DNA from: the human T2T-CHM13v2.0 reference genome, Homo sapiens
DNA: 64,000 nucleotides
Strand: one strand, 5' to 3'
Assembly (NCBI RefSeq): GCF_009914755.1
Contig: NC_060937.1
In this document: in pieces, positions 27,552 through 39,809 of the stretch
How positions within the stretch are numbered: position 1 is the stretch's first letter
Layout of the letters: every line of letters begins with the position of its first letter
Notes under the pieces: model-generated
Seen by the model: only the letters and a program-made list of their open reading frames with translations
Databases searched by the model: none
What the model was told of the DNA's origin: nothing
Translations under genes and position numbers: made by a program

Positions 27552-27816
27552 AAGTTGTCTTTAGTGGCTTCATTAAAAAAGTAAAACACAAACAGGTGGA
27601 ATTAATTTTAATAATACGTTTTACTTACTTTGATATATCCAAATCTCACGTCAACAAATCATCAATTAAACACGTAATAAGAGAGTTTGCATTCTTTTCC
27701 ACTCTAAATCTGTGAAATCCAGGACATAGTTTGCACTTGCAGCTGACCTCAGTTGGAACCAGCCCATTTCACGTGGGCAATACCCACAGGTGCCTAGTGG
27801 CTACTGTGTTGAACAG
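27552..27816. mobile_element. MER33-like (hAT-Charlie)
   Basis: CATTAAAAAAGTAAAA..AAACAGGTGGAATTAATTTTAATAATA..CTAGTGGCTACTGTGTTGAACAG. Confidence 0.75.
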
Positions 27817-30800
27817 GACCCTCTAATCCTCGAGGTGCTGGGATTCAGGAGGAGCTGACTGTGTGGTGATAGCTGCTCCTGAACTTCAGGTTGCATCCTC
27901 TTTCTCTCTCTCTCTCACTCCTCGAGAAACATACAGCAAAAGCTCTTGGCAAAGCTTCCAACCTCATTGTCAGACCCATCTGATTTTATTCAGTGAGAAG
28001 GATTATGTGATCCGTCTCTTGATATGATGAGCTAAGTTCGAGTTGTATTTCTTTCAAGAGAATTTTGAGTCTGAAATACAAAAAGTGTCCCAGCAATACA
28101 CCTATTCTCCCTTGCGCTGAGTCACTTTGGACAATTTAACCTCAAATAATGACAGGGAATTCTTGATACCTTGCTGTTCAACATTTTGTCAGCTCTAATG
28201 AGTGTTCAATTTATAACTAATGACAATGCCTCTTATAGGGTGGGCCAGCCCATATGGGTGGGGGTCGATGTGAGAGGGTAATCGTTATAATTTCAGCACA
28301 TACTTTAACAGTGGCAGTTGTACATTTTGCATAAAGGCCTGAAGTCATGTGACATCAAGAATATATGAGGAAAACAAAAGCGTCTTCCGATACAAATAAT
28401 GTAATATGATAGTTATTCATATAATATTGCCCCTTTTCACTTGAGTTGTTTATTTAAAACCGAGTTAGGGAGGGTGTGACAAAATAACAGATGCTCCCAT
28501 GAATGCTCATCTCTTTAAATCTGGCCTCAGCTGATGTCAGTCAGAGTCTACTAGACTAATGGGGCTGCTGCAAATCTCAGCTTTGCTGCCGGCTTGGGCA
28601 CGTTTCCTCAGCGTCTCTGGCTCCCCGTATTCTTGTCTTCAACACAATGGGTGGAAGTGTGGTTCAGTGTCTAAGAAAGTCTCCAGCACAGTGTGGGATG
28701 GGGACAGGCTCCTGTTTTCCTTTTCTTCTCAGAAGCCCATGAGCTGGTGCACCATCTTGTTCATCTCGACTCACAGGTACAGGTTTGGGATCACAGTGTG
28801 CATTATTAGGGACAGAAAGAGAGTGCCACTGAGATAAAGGCAGGAAGAGAGTACCACTGAGATACAGGCAGAAGGCTACCAAGGACATCTTTATATTCTT
28901 TTGCAGACCACTGGGGTCACTTGAATTTAGAATTTACCAGGTGCAATTTTGCAAACTATCTTAATTATCTTGACATTATAAAAGCCTGTAATCTTGTACT
29001 TCTGACATCTGAGTAATTAGGACTTTGAACACCAGTGCCTTCTAGGTCACAGGCTTGCATTTTTTCCACTGCAGATTGGCTGTCAGCCATTACCACCTTT
29101 CTGCTCCAATGGAAACCTTTCTAAATGAGAGCGGGATTGGACAGGATGGCTTTGATTTGAATCGCTGTAAAAACAACTTTCATGTATTGAGCTGCATTGA
29201 ATTTTTATTTGCGCACTGAACTTTATTTTATATTTTAAAAAGACAAATAACAAGCTATTATATTTGGCAGATAAAAAGAGACATATGAGCGTGATAAATT
29301 TGGCTGTGGATCTCTCTGACCTAATCTAATAATCATTTTGGTTTCAAAACCCCAATGATTTCTCAGAGCAGCTTTTTACTTGCTTATACAGCTCAGTTAA
29401 GAAGAACACAAATAGTTCCCCAGGCACACCCAAGATACAGAAACATTATAAAACATTGCTTATTAATTGCTTTTTAGGTTAAGAATTATGGTAAGGAAAG
29501 ATTTTGATTTTTGAGAGACTTTAAAGTAAAATGATATTTACCCTTCACATGCTAATTTACCCTTGTAAGTTATGGGACATTTTTATCCATTCTGTAAGTT
29601 GTGTGAAGCTTTTGAAACATCTTTAGATAGAAGTTATTTCTTTTCAGTCTATTTTTCTAAGGACCTTTGCTGGCAAATAAGAAAGTTCATTTACCAGGGG
29701 ATATGTATAAGTATTGAATGTTAAATATTTGTTGGGGAAAGATGAAAATGACATTAATGCATCAATTAACACTTAGTGCAAATATTTTTAACACATTGTT
29801 AGGCCCTACTTCTGGTTTTCAAAATTGTAACACCATTATGTCATAGGAATAAAACTCTCCTTATAAAATATTTATATACATATAGTACATATTATACGGT
29901 GTGATATACATATATATATAGTATATATTATCTGTTATTTTATATATAAATACACAGTATTTTACAGGACTTGTTTTTTCCAGAAGAAAGCAACTTTGTT
30001 AGAATTTTATATAAACCTACTTTTTGACTAAAATTTACTTTAAAGAAATGATACAATCCTTTGGGCAAACTATTGAACAAACAAAAATTCCCTTTTCACT
30101 TTCCATTGAGTTGATTTAGTTGAAAACATTCAGTTGAAAAAATCAATGTACGTATTTTAGAATACTTTTTTTAGACCAAGCTGAGGATTTAGGGTCTGTT
30201 CTTTACTGTGGGGGAGGGAATGAAGCCTCAAAAATGATCTTGTGCAATCGGAAAAGTTGTCAGAAGCCTGTGTGTCCGTGAGAATGAGAAGCAGGTAACC
30301 GTAATTGGTGAGGATGCTCAACCAGCTACGATTGCGCTCCGGGGAGCATGTGACCAGTGTTACTGCGGCAGAGCAGAGCCTGGGTCACCCCCGGTATACC
30401 GACTGTGAGTCAACCACTCCCTTAAAAAAATGGAAGCAGTGCATCAGAGTCATGCAAAATATCTGCTACACCTGCCTGACGGGTCACTGCTGGGCCATGC
30501 TCACCCTGCAGTGAGTTCCCTTAGAGGCGGGTTATGACGAGGGTCCCATCCCTGCCTCCTACTGCTGCTTTAATGCTGCTGGCCTGCCCACTCACCATCA
30601 CCCAGAATAGCCTAAGATCCCACCCTGGGCACTAAGCTCTGTTTCTCTGTCTTTCACAGATTTCCCTCCCATGTATCGTCATGGTCCAGTGTGTCTTATT
30701 TCACTTCCCTGGACCTTCACTGCCTGGGTTAGGATCAGTGCAGTGTTAGAAATACAGACTTTAGGTCGCAGCTCCTACTCGGGTAAGTTACTTAGCCTCT

Positions 30801-31029
30801 CTGTCTCAGCTCTTTCCTCTCCAAAACAGGTAAATTTATTACCTTGACTCATTAAAACCCCAAGCCTTGAGAGGAAGGTTGATAGTACATGGATCTTTTC
30901 ATTTGCAAGGATGGGGAAGAAAGGAAAAAGAGAATTTAAAGGTAATAGAATAAAGTTGGAGAACTTGTTCAAATGACAATTACATTGTCTGCTTTTAAAT
31001 CATGTATTTTATTTATTTGTTTTGCCATA

Positions 31030-31553
31030 TTTTGTTATTTAGTACCAACTAATTGCCAGACACTGTGCTGGGCTCTCGGTGTACAAAAGTACAGAGAACC
31101 CAGATCCAGGGCCTTCCATTTGCATGGAGAGGAGGTTGTAATAGACATATGAACACATAGGTATAGCAAGTGTAGAAACTGAAGTGTGACAAGATATTTG
31201 TCAGGCAAGAGGAAGGCACTGACGGTGGCCCAGAATTCTGTCACAGAGGAGGAGACATTTGTCTTGAATTTTGAAAGGTGGAAAATGGTTAATCAGCATT
31301 AGCGGGGAGGGATCTGGGCAGAAAAGGAAAGATTAGAGTGTGCTCAGCCTCTTTGGGAATTGATAAGTGGTTTGCACAACCGAAAAGCAAGGTGTGAGGG
31401 GAGGACCTATGAGATTCAATGGTGGGCATGTAGACAAGGGTCCTAGGAGCCAGACAAAGACATTTAGAGTTCACACTTCAGGAATCAATGACCACGACAA
31501 TGATGTGACGAGGTCACAGAAACCAGCAGAGAACATAGTTTTTTTAAAAAAGT
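31030..31553 (-). mobile_element. L2 3' fragment (with a MIR fragment nearby at ~30735-30900)
   Basis: TGCCAGACACTGTGCTGGGCTCT tail region; GAGGAGGAGACATTTG..TTGAATTTTGAAAG. Confidence 0.65.
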
Positions 31554-31847
31554 TGCCTGGATGCAGCGGCCCCTGCCTGTAAGCTTAGTAATTTGGGAGG
31601 CCAAGGATGGAGGATAGCTTGAGTCCAGGAGTTCAAGACCAGCCTGAGCAACATAGCAAAATCCCATCTCTACACAAAATTTAAAAAATTAGTCCAGTGT
31701 GGTTGCACGTGGCTGTAGTTCCAGCTGCTCAGGAGGCTGAGGCAGGAGGATCGCTTGAGCCTGAGAGATTGAGACTGCAGTGAGCCATGATTGCACCACC
31801 CCATCCCTGCCTGGGCAACAGAGTGAGACTGTCTCAGAACAAAAAAT
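31554..31847 (+). mobile_element. AluJo-like
   Basis: GGAGGATAGCTTGAGTCCAGGAGTTCAAG..GGAGGATCGCTTGAGCC..GACTGCAGTGAGCCATGATTG. Confidence 0.93.
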
Positions 31848-33132
31848 ATCGTTAACATTTGTTTTGATTGACAAATCATAACTGTATACATTTGTGGGAT
31901 ACAATGTGATATTTTGATAATTGTATACAAGATGAAATAATTAGATCAAGCTAACATATTCATCGCCTTGCTTACCTGTTCTCTTTCATGGTGAGACAAT
32001 TGAAATTTATGCTCTTAGTTATTCTGAAATATATGACACATCATTACTGACTACAGTACCTTGCTATGCAATGGATCACCAACCCTCTGTCTATCTGAAA
32101 CTTTGTTCTCTTTGATCATCAACTCCTCACTCCCTGTCTTCCCGCACCCCGCACCTGTCAGCCTCTGGTAACCATCATTCTACTTCCTGCTTCTATGAGT
32201 TCAACCTTATTAGATTTCACATGCCAGTGAGATCATGGGGTATTTGTCTTTCTGCGCCTACCTTATTTCTCTCAGCATAAAGTCCTCCAGATTCATCCAT
32301 GTTGTCACAAATGACAGGATTTCCTTCTTTTGAAAGGCTGAATAGTATGCCATTGTATATATACCACATTTATCCATTCATCCACGGATGGACACTTAGG
32401 TTGATTCCACATCTTGGCTGTTATGAATAGGGCTGCAATAACTATGGATGTGCAGACGTCTCTTGGACCTACCTTCGGTTCCTTTGGATACACACCCAGA
32501 AGCGAGATTACTGCATCATTTACTGGTTCTATATTCAGTTTTTTGAGGAACCTCCATGTCATTTTCCACAATGGCTATAGTAATTTACATTTCCACTACG
32601 CATAAGAGTTCCCTTTCCTCTGCATCCTCTTCAACATTTATTTTTCATGTTTTTGATGATAGTCATTCCAACAGGGGTGAGGTGATAACTCATTGTGGTT
32701 TTTATTTGCATTTCTCTAATAATTAGAGATGCTGAGCATTTTTTCATGTACCAACTAGCTACTTGTAAATCTTCTTTTGAGGACTTTGGGTCCTTTGCCC
32801 ATTTTAACATCATCTAATTATTTGTTTTCTTGCTATTGAGTTGAGTTTCTTTTATATTTTGGACATTAGCTGCTTATTTGATGTATGATTTGCAAATGTT
32901 TTACTCCATTTTGTGGGTTGTCTCTTCTCTCTGCTGATTGTTTCCATTGCTGTGCAGAAGCTTTTGAGTTTGAAGCCATTTTATTTGTGTGTTTTTGCTT
33001 TTATTGCCTGTGCTTTCAGGGTCTTATCCAAAAAAAATTATTGTCCACACCAACGTTATAGAACTTTCCCCTATGTTTTCTTCTAGTCATTTTAGAATTT
33101 CAGTTTTTATATTTAAGTCTTTTATCCATTTT

Positions 33133-33436
33133 TAAAATTTTATTTATTTATTTAGAGACAGGGTCTCACTCTGCCACCCAGGCTGGAGTGCAGTGGTGTG
33201 ATCTCGGCTCACTGCAACCTCCGCCTCCTGGGTTCAAGTGATTCTCATGGCTCAGCCTCCTGAGTAGCTGGGATTACAAGCACCTGCCACCACGCCCGGA
33301 TAAGTTTTCTATTTTTAGTAGAGATGGGGTTTCACCATGTTGCCCAGGCTGGTCTCAAACTCCTGACCTCAGGTGATGTACCTGTTTCGGCCTTCCAAAT
33401 TGCTGCTATTACAGGCATGAGCCACCACACCAGGCC
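33133..33436 (-). mobile_element. AluS (Sx/Sz-like) inside L1MA
   Basis: (TTTA)n tail; TSD AA(G/A)TCTTTTATCCATTTT at 33115-33132 and 33437-33454. Confidence 0.95.
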
Positions 33437-34648
33437 AAATCTTTTATCCATTTTAAGTGGATTTTTGTTTATGTCATAAGATAAGGGTCTAATTTCATTA
33501 TTTCACATGTGGATATGCAGTTTTTCCAACATCATTTGTTGGAGAGACTCTCCTTTCCCCATTGTGTGTTCTTGGCACCCTCATCAAAAATCAGTTGACC
33601 ATAAATGTGGGGGATTATTTCTGGGTGTTCCATCCTGTTCCATTGATTGATTTGTCTGTTTTTTATGCCAGTTCTAGGGTGTACTAATTGCAACTGCTAA
33701 AAGAGTTTAAAATGAGGGAGTGTGATGCCTCCAGCTGTGTTCTTTTCCTTCATGATTGTTTTGGCTATTTAAGGTCTTTTGTAGTTCCATATGAATTTAA
33801 GGATTGTGTTTTCTATTTCTGTAAGAAATGACCTTGAATATTTGATAAGGGCTGGACTGAATCTATAGAACATATTGGGTAGTTTGTACATTTTCACAAC
33901 ATTATTTCTTCTACCCATAAACATGGAAAATATTTCTATTTATTTGTGTTTTCATCATTTTCTTTCATCAGCATTTTATAGTTTTCAGTATGCAGGTCTT
34001 TTACCTCCTGGGTTAAATTAATACCTAAGTATTTATTTATTTTGTTGCTATTGTAAATGGGATTTTTTTTGAAATTTACTTTTTAAATATTTGTTATTAG
34101 TATATAGAACGCTACTGATTTTTGTACGTTGATTTTATATCCTGAAATCTTAATTTGTTTATATGTCCTAACAGTTTTTTTGTGGAGCCTTTAGGGCGTT
34201 CTATATAAAAGATCAATTTGTCCGCAAATAGAGACATTTCACTTCTTCCCTCAATTAGAATGCCTTTTGTTTCTTTCTCTTGCTAAGACTTCTAGTGCTA
34301 TGTTGAGTAGGAGTGGTGAGAGTGGGCATCCTTCTCCCTTATCCTAGGAGAAACGCTTTCGACTTTCCACCATTGAGAATGACGTTAGCTATGGGTGTGG
34401 CATGGGCGTCTCTCCTGTGCTGAGGCAGCTCCCTCTATGCTGGATCTGCGAGGGTTTGCTATTCTGAAGGGCGTTGAAGCACGCTGGGGGCTGAGCCTGG
34501 AGCACCTGTGGGGGTGCTTCCTGTGGCGTGGTGCCTCTGGCTAGTTTCTCTGATGTGCCACCTCCATGGGCCAGGCCCGATCTGTGCCCTGTTTGCTGTG
34601 AGCCCCACCTGTTTTTGTTTCTGACTGGCCCTGTGGGCACTCCCAATG

Positions 34649-35075
34649 TTTCCCGTGGGACAAGACAGGAGTGAGCTCCTGCAAAGGGGCCCAGAATGGC
34701 GGGGGAGCATTTTCCGTGGGACAAGACAGGCGTGAGCTCCTGCAAAGGGGCCCAGAATGGTGGGGAAGCATTTCCCGTGGGACAAGACAGGAGTGAGCTC
34801 CTGCAAAGGGGCCCAGAATGGTGGGGAAGCGTTTCCCGTGGGACAAGACAGGCGTGAGCTCCTGCAAAGGGGCCCAGAATGGTGGGGAAGCATTTCCCGT
34901 GGGACAAGACAGGCGTGAGCTCCGGCAAAGGGGCCCAGAATGGTGGGGAAGCGTTTCCCGTGGGACAAGACAGGCGTGAGCTCCTGCAAAGGGGCCCAGA
35001 ATGGTGGGGAAGCATTTCCCGTGGGACAACACAAGTGTGAGCTCCTGCAAAGGGGCCCAGAATGGTGGGGAAGCA
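34649..35075. repeat. GC-rich minisatellite, 61-bp unit, 7 copies
   Basis: Unit TTTCCCGTGGGACAAGACAGGCGTGAGCTCCTGCAAAGGGGCCCAGAATGGTGGGGAAGCA at 34649, 34710, 34771, 34832, 34893, 34954, 35015. Confidence 0.97.
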
Positions 35076-35628
35076 GAACTTCTGCCTCCAACTCACTTTC
35101 TCACTGTGCTACTGCGGATCCAGAGGAATCTCTGCATGTGAGGCTCTGCCAGGTTGGGGAGGAGTGTGCGCTCAACATCTCTCTCCACTTTTTACCATTG
35201 CAACAGCTTTTCTTAGCTCTGGGGTCCAGGAGTGTGTCTCAGCCTTAGTCCTGAGTTCTGGGACATACACGATGGTATTCTTGCCTGTGGAGAGCTGCTA
35301 GTTGAATTTCTGTGGTGGTGAGTGATGTCAGTGAAGTCCCATTCTGGTTTCTCTCTGATGTCACACTGAGAGCAGTCTTGGTGAGAAGATTATCTTTGTG
35401 TAAAAGCAAAGAACAGAGGAGAGAACCTGCATTTCTCCTCTGCAGTATCCGCTGCGTTTTTATGTAGAATTGGGTGTGCCATTTGCAAGAGCTGTGTGTG
35501 TGCAGCAGAGAAGGCAGCCAACCAATCCTTGCGGTTCAGCGTGAGTTGGGAGGGAGAAAGCGCAAACCACTAAGTGTAGACAACACGCAGGGAGTTCAGT
35601 TGGGAAGTTTAGCGAGTGGTGTCCAAAG

Positions 35629-35857
35629 CAGAGTTGCTCCCTCAGCACTATGGGCAGGTTGGGCCACACAATTCTTTGTTGTTGGGGAGGGAAGGCTGTC
35701 TTGTGCCTTGTAGGAGGTTTGGCAGCATCCCTGGCCTGGACACCCCATGACAGTGGCAACCCCTCCCCTAGCGGTGACAAACGTAAAGGTCTCCAGATGT
35801 TGCTAAATGTCCTCTGGTGGGGGTGGGAAGGGCATTGCCCTGTGTGAGGACCGCTGG
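35629..35857 (-). mobile_element. MER20
   Basis: AATTCTTTGTTGT..GCAGCATCCCTGGCCT..GTCTCCAGATGTTGCTAAATGTCC. Confidence 0.85.
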
Positions 35858-37965
35858 TAGAGACTGATGCAGGGTTCAGAAAAGAGATTTTTCTTTTTCA
35901 GTTGGGACATACATGATCAGTCTTGGGGAAGGAAGCAGAAGCAATGGTGGAATAGGACAAAGATAAAGGAAAGAGGTGGAAAGTGATGCACAAAGACCGC
36001 CATGACCCGGTGTGGGGCGATATGAGTGAGGACAGCATCCAGTGAAGAGGTCCTGGCTCCTGACTGCGATTTGGTGGCTCTACTGTACCCTGTGCAAAGG
36101 GTATAAGTTGGTGCTTATTTTCTCTCCATGTGGTCAGAAGTCTCATCTTCAAAGTGCTTAAACTGTAGCCCTTGCCCTGTCACCTCTGGTTACTGCTGGG
36201 ACCTGGGTCACACTCCTGGTTCATCTGCTGGCCCCAGGCCGGGTGAGGCTCCCACGTGCCTGCTGGCCTGAGAAAGGCTTACGTGAGTCACAGGGGCTAC
36301 TAGGGGCAGAGAGAAGGGAACAGGATGGAGAAATTAAGTGAGGAATAAGATTGTACAAAGCCAGGAAGAAGCCGAAAGGGGACTTGGCTCTGGCAGCATT
36401 TTGTTTTGCGTGAGTCTGTGCTGGAATAAGCTGTCGAAAGGTTGTCTACCCATTGCCTTCTGGTACCTTGTGCTGTGCTCATTGTTGGCAAAACACTTGA
36501 ATGATTGTGGCCTAAATGTGCAGTGATAAAATACAGAACATAGCTTCGTTATTTTTCCAACCAGACTAGGAGAGTGGCTTTTGGAATCAAGATTTAAAAT
36601 TCATGATTTGCTTGTGTTTTGGCTTGTATTTTGGCTTGTGCTTGAAATGACCAGAAAGATCAAGGGTTTAAATGTGATCTTGAGAAGACATGAGAGAGAG
36701 AATTGATATTTTCCTATCTAATATTTATATTACTTTCCTGTATAGAGTAGGCTAAGGATTTTATTTGGACGCTAATTATATGTAATTCCTATAGCAGTTA
36801 TTTTGATTAAGCCAACTAGATTTACCTCTAATTATTCATTTTAAGCCCTAGATTTAAAGATAACTTTTTATTCTCTGTAAACAACCTAAAAGTTGCCTTA
36901 GATTTATATTTCATAATATGTAAAAATGCTGAAAAAGGGCTTGTTTGGCTGGAGAGACATTTTAATTTTTTCCTTTAATTTTAAATGACAATATTGTGTG
37001 TATAGGAGCTGCGTTTCCTACCGAATATTCACCTGGTGTGGAGACTGAATAACATGCCACTCTAAGGGTTAATAAAAGCATTAAATAACTTGCATCTGGG
37101 AAACATCAATTGAACAGATAATTGCTTCTTTGTGTTTCTGCTTAGTAGTGGCTGGACATGTAAAGTTTCTATACCACAAAATGAAAACAGTTGAGCAAAC
37201 AAGAGGCCCGGGGTCACATAACCGATGCATGCTCAAAGCTCAAAGCAGCGTCAATCAAACCTGGAGGGTACCATGTCAAGAGATGGTATCTTTTTATTAA
37301 TCAGGAATTGGTACCCGGACGATAGAGGGCCTCTGTAATGAAAACCTCAGTTAGCAAACAGCCAGAAGAGAGAGAAAATAATCCAACCAGCCAAATAATC
37401 AAAGAACACATGAAGTGTCTGTAGGGAGATTTCCACAGTGGGAAACCCATAGAAAAAGTTCTATCTCTCACTCTTGTTTTTGTTTTTTGGTTTTGGATAC
37501 AATTTCATTTAAGTAGAAAGATCATCCATGATTTTCCCAATCTTCCTTATGTCTTTTATGCACTATACTTGCCAAAGTAGCATAGACAGAAAAAAAGCAG
37601 GAATCCTATGGATTTCCACCCTTAGTCCTTCAACTAACTTTAAAATAACTTTTTATTTTTTTTTTTCAGGTCTACGTTCTAAGTCACACTCCCCTCCCAC
37701 ATGTCTTTGCCCGCTATTTTACTTCATTAATATTTACCAGCTTTTCTGAATTTAGGCACCAATTTTGTATTTTCATATATTTCTATGCATATCCTTCAGA
37801 TCCTTATTTTCCTTAATATTCATGTAAAATATATAAACTATAATTTCTGTGTTCTTTTAAGAGATAGCAGGTACCTAAACAAAGGGGTGTTCTCCCGTGA
37901 TTTTTTTAACGCAGCATTTTTTGCCAGAAATGGTCACTTGGGATTTATTCCTATGCCCTTGTGTT

Positions 37966-38180
37966 TTTCCCTCCCCCTCCCCTTTCCCTCCCTTCCCTCC
38001 CTTTATCTTTTTCTCTCTCCCTTCCTCCTGCCCACCCACCCTACATTTTTCCCTCCGTCCCTTCCTTCTTGCTCCCTCCCTCTCTTTCTTCCTTCCTCCC
38101 TCCCACCCTCCTTTCCTTCTTTTCCTCTCTTTCTTTGTCCTTTCTTCTCTTCCCTCCTCCTTTCCACCCTTTTCCTTTCA
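37966..38180. repeat. CT-rich low-complexity polypyrimidine tract
   Basis: About 215 nt, almost entirely C/T; abuts an L2 tail (ATATTTATTGAGTGCTTA). Confidence 0.9.
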
Positions 38181-38235
38181 CCAATATTTATTGAGTGCTT
38201 ATTGCATAAGAGACTTTGAGTGTCCAGTGCTGGCT

Positions 38236-38698
38236 TGTGGCAGGACAAGCTGCAGACAAAACCCCTCAGACACCAAGTTGTAGAAGGAAGGGCTTTATTC
38301 GGCTGGGAGCGTTGGCAAGACTCACGTCTCCAACAACCGACCTCCCCGAATGAGCAATTCCTGTCCCTTTTAAGGGCTCACAACTCTAAGGGGGTCCGTG
38401 TGAGAAGATCGTGATTGACTGAGCAAGCTGAGGGTTCATGACTGGGGGCTGCATGCACTGGTAGTTAGAACAGAGAAGAACAGGACAGGGATTTTCACAG
38501 TGCTGTTCCATACAATGTCTGTAATCTACAATTAACCTGACTGATTAGGTCAGGGGTCGATCTTTAACTACCAGGCCCAGTGTGTGGCACTGGGCTGTCT
38601 GCCTGTGGATTTCATTTCTGCCTTTTAGTTTTTACTTCTTATTTCTTTGGAGGCAGAAATTGCACATAAGACAATATGAGGAGTGGTCTCCTCCCTTA
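38236..38698 (-). mobile_element. LTR2-family (HERV-E/Harlequin) solo LTR
   Basis: Minus strand TAAGGGAGGAGACCACTCCTCATATTGTCTTATG...CCCTTAAAAGGGACAGGAATTGCTC...AATAAA...TGTCCTGCCACA; GCT on both flanks. Confidence 0.85.
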
Positions 38699-39550
38699 GC
38701 TAAGGACTCTGACCCCTCCTTCTGTGGGACTCCATGTATTCTTTCTCATTGGGAACACTGGGAATAGCAGGGCCCAGTTGAGTTTGGAGAGTGTCGCTTA
38801 GTGCTCTTTAGTTGCAACCATCTGAAAATAACATGAAAAGAAAGGGGAATTTCCTGAAAAATGTTGGTGGTAGCAATGAGAGCAAGGCTCAAAGAATAAA
38901 CTGGAAGCTGAGAAACTAGGCTTGGAAATAGAAATCAAAGGGACTGGGGAAGCAAGGACCCTGCATTCGTCTCTAGGCAGGAAGGGTTCACTCAGCGCAC
39001 TGGTGCTGTGATAAATATCACGTGCCTCTGCTGTTCTCTCATCACGGATCAAGAGTCCAAGCCTGGAGGGAGAGCGACTGAAAGCCATGGGCTGGTCACA
39101 GGCCTGCCTGAGAGCTGCACGGGAGCCGGCGAGGAAAAGCCCTTGCTGCTTCCAGTGTAAGGCAGGTGTCTGGATTTATCTTCAAGAGAGCCAACATGAT
39201 GAATGAAGGAACTTAAATCATGGCACGGTTAGAAAGAAAAGTAGCAAGACAGGAACTACTCCTTCTCTCCAAACAAAAAGAAAAACAAAATGAGATATTC
39301 ACTATAATTAATATGAATTTGCAAGGGAAATAACACAGTATATGATCTCAGTCTCAACTTATATCTTTATTTCAACTATATCTACTTCAGAAAGGATTTG
39401 AAGGGTTTCCAATAAAAGACAAATAAAATGTTATAAATGGTAGATAAATGAAGATCAAATATGACCCTGGTAGAGGTATGATAATTTTCTCTGTCTCGTT
39501 CAAGAGCTACACTGGCTGCACCTGATATAGTAGATGCTCAATAAGTATCA

Positions 39551-39644
39551 TTACCTTCTGCCAGGTCCCTCCCAGGACACGTGGGGATTATGGGAACTAC
39601 AATTCAAGATGAGATTTGGTTAGGGACACAGCCAAACCATATCA
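39551..39644 (-). mobile_element. THE1/MST LTR fragment (terminal ~94 bp only)
   Basis: GGTCCCTCCCAGGACACGTGGGGATTATGGGAACTACAATTCAAGATGAGATTTGG..CAGCCAAACCATATCA. Confidence 0.9.
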
Positions 39645-39809
39645 GTATTACATTTTATTGCAACTATTGGCTCAATAGTTGCACTATGTATTTTTGTTTA
39701 AAGTTATTGCTCAAGCGTTTACCATATATATTGTTAACTTATCACAGTTTATTCTTAAGTACTATTATATCATCTCCCAAGTAATATAAAAATCTTACAG
39801 CAGTATATA

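Larger units (their letters stand above)
31853..35365 (-). mobile_element. L1MA-like element: 3'UTR + ORF2 (31853-34480) joined to an L1M-type 5'UTR (34490-35365)
   Basis: L1MA 3' end TTGATTGACAAATCATAACTGTATAC; ORF2 homologous to 10000-11910; L1M 5'-end-like ...TGCTAGTTG..TTTCTGTGG..CCCATTCTG..CTGATGTCAC. Confidence 0.8.

Noticed and set aside
28116-28125. AP-1/ARE-like GCTGAGTCAC and other TGAGTCA sites (e.g. 30406, 36283)
   Set aside because: A 7-mer is expected about 8 times by chance in 64 kb over both strands; no independent support.
30175-30294. Possible 120-nt plus-strand exon (TTTTTTTAG|...CAG|GTAACC)
   Set aside because: Stops in all three frames and only a moderate donor; a non-coding exon cannot be supported without RNA data.
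34389-35096. 235-aa ORF, the longest in the window
   Set aside because: Built from the 61-bp VNTR and L1 5'UTR; no domain-like content.
37785-38283. Pro/Leu/Phe/Ser-rich ORFs
   Set aside because: Translation of the CT-rich low-complexity tract.
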